Made by a program: the position numbers and the translations under genes
Notes under the pieces: model-generated
The model's input: the letters and a program-made list of their open reading frames with translations, nothing else
The model's database searches: none
What the model was told of the DNA's origin: nothing
DNA from: Octopus vulgaris
Lineage: Eukaryota
Assembly: GCA_951406725.2 (NCBI GenBank)
Contig: OX597822.1
Location: forward strand, 2,480,001 to 2,544,000
Length of the DNA stretch: 64,000 nt
Direction: 5' to 3'
Part shown: one piece after another, positions 53,281-64,000 of the stretch
How the letters are laid out: each line of letters starts with the position of its first letter
How positions within the stretch are numbered: position 1 is the first letter of the stretch

Positions 53281-53660
53281 TACCTTCTCTTGTATTCATA
53301 TTTGGATTGCACTTTATAATCTCTGAAGAGGCCTTGGGATATATATGTAAGTGTCTCATTTATAACCACATATTAACTTATCACACCTGGCTAATATGAG
53401 CATAATGAGATACTCATATCTACATGGCTGAAACAGCTGTAAGATATAGTTTATATTTATATCTACATTTATTTATCTTTATTTATATGTATTATGCTTA
53501 TTGTATCATATTACTCATTGATATGCACTGTTTTGTTCTGTTTTATTGTGTTTGACCTTGATGTTCATATGTAGTTGGTTAATAAATTATATGAATGGGT
53601 ATTATCTGGTAGTTGATTATTGATTAAGGTGTATTCCTCCATTTTCTTACTTTGTATTAT
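53281..53660 (+). mobile_element. Penelope-like pLTR fragment abutting a truncated SINE A
   Basis: Contains a hammerhead, AATAAA near 53581, and ends in (TA)n. Confidence 0.6.
53319..53445 (+). ncRNA. Type I hammerhead ribozyme with a 100-nt stem II domain
   Basis: ATCT-CTGAAGA-GGCC...(GTGTCTCATT/AATGAGATAC)...GGCT-GAAA-CAGCTG-TA-AGAT. Confidence 0.75.
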
Positions 53661-53733
53661 ATATATGTATATATATATATATGTATATTTATATATGTAT
53701 ATATATGTATATATGTATATATATATTTATGTA

Positions 53734-53771
<38 letters not shown>

Positions 53772-53831
53772 TAGATAGATAGATAGATATACGATTGGCT
53801 TCATTCAGACAGAGTCACACATAGTTACATA

Positions 53832-53878
<47 letters not shown>

Positions 53879-53881
53879 CTA

Positions 53882-53936
<55 letters not shown>

Positions 53937-53960
53937 TGTGAAGGTGTTAGAAGCACACCA

Positions 53961-54397
53961 AGGTGGCGAGTTGGCAGAAACGTTAGCGCTCCAGGCGAAG
54001 TGCATAGCGGTATTTCGTCTGTCTTTAGGTTCTGAGTTCAGATTTTGCCGAAGTAGACTTAGCCCTTCATCCTTTTGGGGTCGGTAAATTCAGTACCAGT
54101 TGCGTTCTGGAGCCGATCGAATCGACTGGTTCACTCATCAAAAATTCGGGATTTGTGCCTTGAGTAGAAAAGAATATCAGTTGTCAAACGATGGTAGGGG
54201 GAGTAACATAGACACAAACATACGCACATATATATACGACAGGCTTCTTTCCAGTTTCCGTCAAACCAAATCCACTCATAAATCTCTGGTCGACCAGCGG
54301 CAATATTCGAAGGCTCTTGCTCAAGGTGCCACACAATTGGACTGAACCCGGAAATATATGAGTGGTAAGCAAGCTGCTTACCAGAGAGCCACGCCTA
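53961..54397. mobile_element. SINE A (+, 53961-54172) abutting a partial SINE B (-, 54178-54397)
   Basis: Family motifs as described for other copies. Confidence 0.7.
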
Positions 54398-54742
54398 TTG
54401 AGGTGTCAAAAATGAGTAATCCAGTGTCCTACCTCGAGTGGGTGTATATATTATTCCAGAAAATCCGGGAAACAAGCCTTATGATACTATGGCTCGGCAA
54501 GAGTTGATATTTTTTATTGAATGGTAATCGGCAGAAGTTTCGCCTGAGATCAAATTCGCTCATGGGGAAATTTTCAGTGAGCCAATTAGCATATATTTTA
54601 CAAAAGCATCATGGGAAACATAGTTTAAAATTAAATTTGTCAAAAGAAACTGACAGATCCATTACATCACTAATTAGGCAGTCATAATTAATTAACAAAC
54701 ATAGACCTTTCTCTCTCCTTCTCTTCCTCTCTCAATTCGTTC

Positions 54743-54776
<34 letters not shown>

Positions 54777-54823
54777 TACACACACATGCATACAACGACA
54801 CATGTATTATGTTTGTGTGTGTT

Positions 54824-54854
<31 letters not shown>

Positions 54855-55012
54855 ATAGGGGGGTGTAGTACTTACTCAGGAGGTAATCTAATATATATGC
54901 ATTCGGTGGGTATAGGATGTAATTGGGATTAGTATTTGCAGAGACCCCCCCCACCCTGTTGCAAAGACTGAGACTGAATACATGGACCTTTGAGAATACA
55001 TACTTACACACA

Positions 55013-55056
<44 letters not shown>

Positions 55057-55066
55057 ACACGCACGT

Positions 55067-55119
<53 letters not shown>

Positions 55120-55445
55120 TATATATATGTTACTATACATATTTGTATGTGTGTGTGTGTTGTAATTAATGTAACAAATGCATAAAAGTATTACTATTTA
55201 ACTCCTCTCCCTACACATACACATGCTCACGCACGCGCACACATTCATTCATATATTATAGATATTTGGAGATGAGGTAGATTCTGAAACGAAATGGAAA
55301 CTGATTAATTAATGATATAATAATAAATCTGGCTGTGTCTTTAGACTACATTGACTCTAACTTTTAATCTACACATCATTTATATATATATATAATATAT
55401 AGAATATAATATATAACATGTATGTATATATATATATATATAATT

Positions 55446-55477
<32 letters not shown>

Positions 55478-56012
55478 AAACTTACTTGGAAAAGGATGCG
55501 TGGCGTTCGATCATATAATAATATAGATAATATATAAATATATGCATATATACATGCATATATGGGTACAGGACATCAAAAAACGTGGACACAATGAGAA
55601 ACGAAAACATAAAAACAAAGACATAAAAAACGAACATTTGTTTTTGAACAACGAAAAAAAAAACAGAGAACCGAGACATGCAACATAAAGAACATTCCCT
55701 TCATCAGTTGCTCCCTGTTTTATCTACTCCGCGTTCGAAGCTAAGAACAATACGCGACTTCGTTGAAGCAGTCCTTCCGGCAAAGCAAATTAAACAAAAT
55801 TTGGGATTTTTTTGCGGAGGGTGAAAGTGGTAACAAAAACAGGACAATGAGAACAGGACAGTAAAAACAAACGGTGAGGGTCGTTAAGCCAAGACGATGT
55901 GAAAAATTATGAACGCTAGAAAGACGAGCTTTGAGAAGAGACAGATAAAAGCACGTCTTGTCTTTACGAAGGAAGTTGAAGAAAGAAAACAGATCGTCCT
56001 TCGCAAGGAGGA

Positions 56013-56064
<52 letters not shown>

Positions 56065-56209
56065 GTGAAGGGAAGAGGAGAAGAATAGGGAAAGGGTGGA
56101 AGAGAAAAACAAAGGAATTAAAATTTTCAGCAATTATAGTATTTTAAATCTGAGACGATATGAGAGAGTTAACTAGGGGTTAATGGTTGAGTCCAATATG
56201 AGGTGTTTT

Positions 56210-56633
56210 GGATCTTTTCGGTTTGAACAGCAATTTTTTCTAGCGGTGTCATATGAAATTGTCACCCATAATTATGACCCTGGTATCGATCTATTGCATT
56301 TCAATCTATTTTAGGGTAGGGTTAGAGTTAGGGTTAGGGTTAGGGGTGGGGGAAGGGTATCTTTTTTTTCTTCAGAAATGTAAATAAACCCAATCTGTTT
56401 CTTAAACGTGGGACATTTTCATAAGGCACAGAATGTTTTCATCTCAATAGACGGTCATTGATTGGTTGAAATTGCAGAAATTGAAGAAAAAACAACAAAT
56501 ATCTTACAAACTATAGAATGTTCTCAAGAAAGCCAAGAGAAAAAGATGTTTTATAAACACATTCTACCAGTTTAAAAGTGTTTAGTTACGTGGAAAATAT
56601 TTTTAAAAACTGCTGTTCAAACCGAAAAGATCC
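56210..56633. mobile_element. MITE-like element with internal telomeric repeats
   Basis: Perfect 23-bp TIRs GGATCTTTTCGGTTTGAACAGCA / TGCTGTTCAAACCGAAAAGATCC; TTAGGG-type repeats at 56311-56345. Confidence 0.82.
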
Positions 56634-56645
56634 GGAGTTTTTTTT

Positions 56646-56993
56646 GGAAAAGGATGGACATAGGAAGTATAGAGGGAAATAAGAGAATAAAAATAAAAAT
56701 AAAAGTAGAAATATATGTAGGATATTACAGTTGCAGCTCCATTATCCGAAGAAAGTTCTAAAGATAGAAATACTTCTTGTCCATGTTCATATTTTGTTAT
56801 TACGAGTGGATAGTGTGGAGACGGAATTTCCATTTCCTGTTGATTTACTGATATTTTTATTCTCTTATTTCCCTTTATACTTCCCATATCCATCCTTCTC
56901 CAAAATATATTGAACTCTACTATTTCCCTCCAGTTAAATCTCTCATATTGTCTCTGATGAAGGGATATCCCTAATATCCCAGAAACAGCTGTA
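56646..56993 (+). mobile_element. Penelope-like fold-back fragment ending at a hammerhead
   Basis: 56646-56692 is an imperfect inverted repeat of 56855-56901; the hammerhead follows. Confidence 0.6.
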
Positions 56994-56994
56994 A
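56951..56994 (+). ncRNA. Type I hammerhead motif lacking the 3' strand of stem I
   Basis: TCT-CTGATGA-A-GGGATAT-CCCTA-ATATCCC-A-GAAA-CAGCTG-TA; 7-bp stem II. Confidence 0.72.
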
Positions 56995-57029
56995 CAGGTA
57001 TCTGACGGACCTCTGGGTCTCTAATCTGT

Positions 57030-57182
57030 CAGATACCTTTGAGTAACCACCTAGCAACATGCGGTCGGAAAATATATATAATATTTCCATTCTACAAATT
57101 ACACAGCCCAAGTGAAATCGAGAGGAAAATCAGAGAAAAGAATTTTATTGATAAATTCGAACCCAAGCTAAATAAGCAATAA
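57030..57182 (+). pseudogene. Penelope-like GIY-YIG endonuclease C-terminus
   Basis: QIPLSNHLATCGRKIYIIFPFYKLHSPSEIERKIREKNFIDKFEPKLNKQ*, matching the H...C...FPFYK...R...E..FI..F.P.LN ending of PLE ORFs; not in the ORF track. Confidence 0.75.
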
Positions 57183-57499
57183 TAATAATACTTAGAGGTA
57201 TTACTTCCACTGCTACGACCATGACCACTAACAACAACAACAATACTAAAGGTGATCAAGACGAAGATAGCAGGAAAATTATCTTATTTAGGGTTAAAAG
57301 TTCTATTGCCACCACCATCACCACTAGCAACAATAATTAAGGTGCTGACAATGATGATGATGACAATTGAAATATAAAAATATAAAAATCTCTGACAAAG
57401 GATATTTACAACATTTCTAAAAATAACCCAACAATTGCTGCTTCGGCCAGGGTCAAGATACAGGACTCTTGACCTGATCCAACAAAGCGTGATGCCTAA

Positions 57500-57608
57500 A
57501 CCAATCAGAACCAACCAATCAGCTTAAGTAATTGTATGATACTACACACTGATTGGTCAGAATACAGTTTAAACCTAGCACTCTGGAGCCTACCCAGCTG
57601 TATTTATA
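57500..57608 (+). promoter_or_regulatory. Putative Pol II promoter within the PLE terminal repeat
   Basis: CCAATCAG at 57501 and 57515, CTGATTGG near 57549, TATTTATA at 57601; downstream hammerhead and AATAAA at 57811. Confidence 0.45.
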
Positions 57609-57671
57609 GCACAGAATCACTCATCTTGCTACAGTCAAAAATTGTGAAGCATGACTGTCAACACTACTACA

Positions 57672-57716
57672 TGAACCCGAAGATTGCAGAATTCAATGCA
57701 TGAAAGTACTAGTTCA
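57672..57716 (+). ncRNA. Type I hammerhead motif (U4C substitution)
   Basis: TGAAC-CCGAAGA-T-TGCA-GAATTCAA-TGCA-T-GAAA-GTAC-TA-GTTCA: 5-bp stem I, palindromic AGTACT. Confidence 0.68.
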
Positions 57717-57853
57717 ATCAGAATGAATATTTAACATTCTACTATTTCATTTCATTTTATTTTATTCAATTATAATATATTATCTTATAATATATCATTA
57801 TAAGATTGTAAATAAAACGTGAAAATCAGACAAGGTTGGAATTCTTTTTATTA

Positions 57854-57922
<69 letters not shown>

Positions 57923-59204
57923 GAATAAAATGTTCTCGGTCTGTTAATGGCTAGGCGTTTCAGACGAGTATATTCTGGTATTGACGTAGCGACATTTCAG
58001 GTTTTATCCAGGCAAATCAGCTGCCGTTCCATTATGCAAGGAAAGTGCTTTGGGTAGAAATGCTTCTTGTCACAGCTTTTGGTTCCGCGCCTGTAATCTT
58101 TTGCAGTACAGATTAATTCCCATTTCATAGTATAGACTTTGTTACACTCATTAAAAGACCAGATTAATTTGCTAAAACTCATTTGGAGCCTATATTTTTG
58201 TCTTTAAATGAACTCAAGTGGTTTGCCAGTCTCCTCTTGAAAATTAACGATGTCCCATCGACGTCAAAGAATTCCTTACCTTCAGATGTAACTTTATATC
58301 TTCTAGTCTTACGCTTTTAGTCTTACACTCATTTCCCACATAACAGGATTCCGGTTTAGAACAATTGCAAAGATAATCTTTTATATTTCTCTCAGACTTA
58401 GTTTTAATTTGATCATTCATTGTAGAATTAAATTCATTTCCACAAAGTTCTTTATTATTATTTAATCCTTTAGATAAAGTTATCTTTCTTCTAATTCAAG
58501 CTGAAATTTGATTTGATTTGATGTTATTAACTATGTTAAATTGGGTTGGTTCGCTTTCCATGACATTTAAATTCCTAGCGTTCCCTTCTTTTTGAGCTTT
58601 TTTTTTAAAATTCCGTTTGATGTTATTATGCTTAATATCTACTACGCTATTCTGATTATATATAGGTGTGTGTGTGTTTATAAGTATAGCGAGCAAACGG
58701 TGTGGATATCGGTTAGAAACAATTATCTACAAATGCATTTCATTTTAAACAAGGCGATTCCAGTGGGCTACGCAGGGACCAATCTCTGGAATAAAACCGT
58801 ACGTTACTCGAGGAGGGATGATGCAGTGGCTCTGGTATAGCTGAAGTGAGATTTCCAGCTAAGGAAAAATACCAAAGAAAATGCAACCACAACTCTAAAA
58901 TGAAGAATTACTGATAATTCTCACATACAAAGGTCTAAGGGTGGTGAAAGTAAAAGTGACAGAGGTGCGACGAGAAGGTACCACCAGAAGTTGCTTCGTT
59001 TTTGGAGCACATTTCTCAGTAGTGTTCCCCATGTTGGTTTGGGATGCGATGCATTTGAGGATCAATGATATTATTGATTAAATCTAGAAGAAATCCGTGG
59101 AATAGGAATTTGATAATCATTACATCATACTGAGTACTATGTTCATTATACATTACAGAGTATCGCCTCCGATTCTAGTGGAACGAAGGTAGATATGTAT
59201 TTTT

Positions 59205-59640
59205 AAGGCATGCTAACGATTCTGCCAGCTCGACACCTTACGAACAACACTAATATTGGTTTCGCATTTTGGCACAAGGCCAGCAATTTTAGGGGAAAGT
59301 TTAACTCGATTACATCGACCTCATGGATTGACTAATACTTAATTTATCGATCCCGAATAGGCGAAAAGCAAAATCGACCTCGGTGGAATTTGAACTCAGA
59401 ACGTTCATTATGCAGATTAATATTGATTTCAAGTTTTGGCGCAAGAACAGCAATTTCGAGGAAAGTCGGATACATCGACCCCAGTGCTCGACAGGTACTT
59501 GTTTTACTGACCACGAAAGGATGAAAGGCAAAGTGTACCTCGGCGGAATTTGAACTTAGAACGTGAAGACGGACGAAATGCCGCTAAGCACTTTGCCCGA
59601 CGGACTAACGATTCGGAATTCTTTATTACCCACATAGGGG
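59205..59640 (-). mobile_element. Cluster of SINE family A copies
   Basis: CTGCCAGCTCG and CGGTGGAATTTGAACTCAGAACG-type motifs in reverse orientation. Confidence 0.7.
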
Positions 59641-60359
59641 GGGGGGCAATAAAAAACAATACAAACATGTGGGTAGGTGGAAACGGATGAAAGGGTGAAA
59701 TGGGAAAATGCAAGATGTAATGATGATGCTCGGCCCCACATCCGGGCGCCATCATTTCACTTTTGATTGCTTTTTAAAACAAGTTTGTAACGTTAAAATT
59801 AAAGTCGGATTTTAATTTTCCAGCAATTATCATAAATGGTAAATCTTTTTCGTTCATTTTTATTTCTTCGTATTTGACTTTATATTCATGATTGTCCAAT
59901 TTCTTTTTTTCATTTGAATTGATTATCGCGCACCCCAGATGCGTGTGGATCTCATTCCAAACATTTACCAATGTCGTGCTTTCCCAGCTCTTGATTTCAC
60001 TTAGTAATTGTTTGTTCATTAGACCGTAAAACATTATTAATTTTGTAACTTTATTTTCTTTTTCTATATTACGGGGAGGGTGTTGGGAGTTTTGGGACAC
60101 CTGTGGGTGCATGCAAGTTTTTTCCATGTCGGCTGGGGTAGGAGGACCGGTGGTTGTAGGGAAAAGGTGTGGCAAAGTGGGCTTGGGTGGGCGTGGGGTA
60201 GGACTCATTACTGCCAGTTTGTCTTCCGTTTTTGCTTTTTCTTTTCTATTTTTTTCTCATCCTTCTCCATCCTTTGATGTTGTCCCTTTGATGGCGCTCA
60301 GAATCGTTATAGTAATTATTGCGGCTCTTTGCGCTGTAAGTTCAAATCTTAGCATTGTA

Positions 60360-61077
60360 ACTTTGGTCAACAGTTTGAACACCAGCATTTCACCCGTCTT
60401 CATGGTCTAAGTTAAAATTCCGTCGAATTTGACTTTGTCTTTTATCCTTTTAGGAAAAAGTAAGTACCAGTTGAGCACTGGAGTCGATGTAAGCGACTTA
60501 GTCACTCATCCGAAATTTCTGGCTTTATACCAAAATTTGAAGCCAATATAATTATGGTCTTTTACTCAGTTCAGCCACGAGTGAGTATGTCTTGCGTCAA
60601 AGAGATTCCAAATATTAGCATTTCACCATTTTTCTCTTATGAATGATATATTTAAATAATCCTTTCTACTAAAGAGACAAGGCCTGAAATTTTAATAGAG
60701 AGGTTAGTCCATTACATCGACCCTAGTACTCAACTGGTACCTTTTTTTATCCACCCCGAAAGGATCAAAGGCGAAATCGACTCCGACGGAATTCGAAATC
60801 AGAAAGTACACACAGACGAAATACTGTAAAGCATTTTGACTGGCGCACAAACATTTCTTATTTCTTTATTGCCCACAAAGGGCTAAACACAGAGAGGACA
60901 TACAAGGACAGACAAAGGGATTAAGTCGATTACATTAACCCCAGTGCGTAACTGGTACTTAATTTATCGACTCCGAAAGGATGAAAGGCAAAGTCAACCT
61001 CGGCGGAATTTGAACTCAGAACGTACTGTAAAGCATTTTGGCTGGCACACAAACATTTCTGGCAGCTCGCCGCCTTA
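60360..61077. mobile_element. SINE family A copies (one +, one dimer -)
   Basis: The minus-strand dimer at 60660-61077 includes the Tx1-like tail (plus strand TTTCTTTATTGCCCACAAAGGGCTAAACACAGAG). Confidence 0.75.
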
Positions 61078-61670
61078 ATATATATATCTAAAAAATAAAT
61101 CTCTTTCTGTATTATTCCTGTTGTCATAAGACGATTGTGTGCTAATTGATGTAGGTCAGGTGGTTATTTCAGGTAGTTGGTGCGACCACGTAGATGATAT
61201 CTCATTCACTCATATTTAAATATTTAGTTTCATATCTTCACGTTCTGATTTCAAATCTGACCAAGGTCAAATCTGCCGTTTACCCTTCCACAGAATCAAT
61301 AAGCCAAGCACATAGTCAAGCAGTAAAATCGATAAAGTGTATTATAAAACAGAAACGCATGGTCTACTAACTACATTAGTAATGTACTTATCACATAATA
61401 CTATAAATTAGTAATAAAATGGCGTTTAAGAAAATTAAGATAGTAAGGAAAAAAGCTATTAAGTTCTTATTGTTATGTACAATAAATTTCGTAGTAGTGC
61501 TTCAGTTCTGTCTGTGAACAATTGTACTAATTTTCGGAATGATTATTGTATAATAATAAGTTTAACAGCGCAGACAAATATGCGAATTCTGCTTATCTGA
61601 AGATATTGCAATAACATTATGCAACTACATTTGCGTAATATAGCTTCAACCAATATATTTATATAATGTA

Positions 61671-61745
<75 letters not shown>

Positions 61746-61938
61746 GTGTGTGTGAGTGCTAAAAATGATGTACATTATATAAAGATATTGAGTGAAGCTG
61801 TATTACGCAAATGTAGTTAGGCATCGTTAAATATTTACTCGCTTTTATTTATAGCTTTAACTACTTCGAGTTTCATCGTTAAAAACCATTTATTTTACGT
61901 CTCTCAAAGTTTCTAAATCTTGTGACGTAAACCATGTG

Positions 61939-62052
<114 letters not shown>

Positions 62053-62054
62053 TA

Positions 62055-63330
62055 CGAGGGGCGTTCAATAAGTAATGCCCCTGACCCACTTCCCATAGCA
62101 GTAGAGCAACGAAACTTGACACAGTTATTAGTCATTTTCTCCATAGGAACCACCCAGAGTTACGCATTTCTCCCATCGTTTGATGCGGCTCTGGAGACCG
62201 TTTTTGTAGAAGAACCCAGCTTGGTCCTCCAACCTCAACGTGACTTCAGAAATCAAGGCTGCATCATCTGGGAAACGCTTTCCTTTCAAAAACAACTTCA
62301 TGATTGGGAAGAGGTGAAAATCAGAGGGTGCAAGGTCAGGAATGTAGGGGCGATGGGGAGGAGTTCATAGCCATACGCCTGTGCTTCTGATCTGGCGATA
62401 AGCGAGTTGTGGACCGGAGCGTTGTCCTGCAGGAGGAGGATGCCTTTGCTGATCTTGCCCCGCCTCTTGATTTTGATAACTTCTCTTAATTTCCTCAAAA
62501 GTGAAGCATAATAGGCTCCTGCAATTGTGGTACCCTTTGCCAGGAAATCTGTCATCACTACTCCGTCCTGGTCCCAGATGACTGTGAGCATGACCTTGCC
62601 AGCTGAGGGCTGCACCCTTGCCTTCTTTGGAGGGGGTGATCACGGTGCTTCCACTGCATTGACTGGGCTTTGGTCTCTGGATCATTTGATGGACCCAGGT
62701 TTAATCCTGTGTAATCAGTCTTTTGAAAAATTTTGACTCATCTTCTTGACACATCTCCAAATTCACCCTCGAGTACTCGACGCGTTCTTGCTTCTGGAAA
62801 GGCGTGAGCAACCTGGGTATCCATCTGGCAGACACCTTTTGCATATGCAAATGGTCATGAATGATAGTTTCCAGAGACCCGGTACTAATCTTGACCTCAT
62901 GGGCTATTTGGCGAATAATTATGCGTCGATCTTCCAAAATGGCAGCCTCAACTTGACGGACAGATGCCTCATCAATGGCAGAAGGGGCGACCAGATCTGG
63001 GAGCTGTTTCCACAGAGTTCCGACCATGTTTGAATTCACGATGCCAGCGTTTTACAAGGTCATATGATGGGGCATCATCACCATAAGTTACTTTCATTTC
63101 ATCAAAACTCTCCCGTGGTGTGCGTCCTTTCAAATACAAAAACCGGATCACTGCTCGACACTCAACAGGCTCCATTTCACACTTGACTCGGTTCAAACAC
63201 CTGTAAATCAGAAACCACAATTAATTCAGAGCTGTAATTTGCCACTTACTCTATAGAGATATAAATGATTGCACAGCTATATCAAACAACTGCAAGTGGG
63301 TCAGAGGCATTACTTATTGAACGTCCCTCG
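62055..63330 (-). mobile_element. Full-length mariner transposon, 1276 bp
   Basis: TIRs CGAGGGGCGTTCAATAAGTAATGCCCCTGACCCACTT / AAGTGGGTCAGAGGCATTACTTATTGAACGTCCCTCG, with TA on both sides. Confidence 0.93.
62128..63175 (-). pseudogene. Frameshifted mariner transposase (irritans-like)
   Basis: MEPVECRAVIRFL...RSGRP / WIPRLLT / LITQD / SAGKVMLTVIWD / LLQDNAPVH / [12 protein letters not shown] spread over several frames. Confidence 0.9.
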
Positions 63331-63364
63331 TATATACATATACATATGTATATATATACATATG

Positions 63365-63397
<33 letters not shown>

Positions 63398-63400
63398 GTA

Positions 63401-63463
<63 letters not shown>

Positions 63464-63466
63464 GTA

Positions 63467-63519
<53 letters not shown>

Positions 63520-63550
63520 GTATATATATACATATGTATATATATATACC

Positions 63551-63584
<34 letters not shown>

Positions 63585-63622
63585 TATAATAATGATTATT
63601 ATTATTATTATTATTATTATTA

Positions 63623-63668
<46 letters not shown>

Positions 63669-63786
63669 GTTCTAAACAATAAATTATCCAATTTCCTGTT
63701 TTATTATATATATATATGTATGTATATGTATTTAGGTATGTATGTATGTGTGTATGTTTGTGCGTGTGTATGTATGTATGTTTGGG

Positions 63787-63823
<37 letters not shown>

Positions 63824-64000
63824 TTGTGTGTGTGTGATTGTGTGTGTGTAAGTTAGGAAACGGTGACGAGTAAAAATTTTGTAAATATAATTATACGCTT
63901 AAGTTTAGAAATGTGGACCATTTATTGGTTACAGAAAATCGTCTACTATTGGGGCATATGAGTCACTGACGGAAAAAAATTGGTGCTAATACGCATACTA

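Overview
AT-rich eukaryotic non-coding DNA (intergenic or intronic). The SINE families and microsatellite load suggest a coleoid cephalopod such as Octopus, but that assignment is an inference. I find no convincing host protein-coding exon, and almost all ORFs in the track are translations of (TA)n, (CA)n, (CATA)n, (GATA)n or (AAT)n arrays. The window is a mosaic of mobile elements: several tRNA-derived SINE families; 5'-truncated LINE ends (CR1-group RT, two Tx1/L1-type, one R4/Dong-type with a restriction-like endonuclease); four Tc1/mariner elements, one full length; Helitrons, one carrying a Pif1 helicase fragment; and a MITE with internal TTAGGG repeats. The most interesting layer is invisible in the ORF track: eight type I hammerhead ribozyme motifs (about five with intact cores) with covarying stems and palindromic minimal stem III. 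They sit in Penelope-like (GIY-YIG) remnants and fold-back insertions, and one lies in a non-coding unit that joins a tRNA-type Pol III head to a hammerhead. Also visible are two SINE-LINE 3'-tail partnerships, a roughly 1 kb inverted duplication and a pre-miRNA-like hairpin. All calls were made by eye, and repeat boundaries are approximate.
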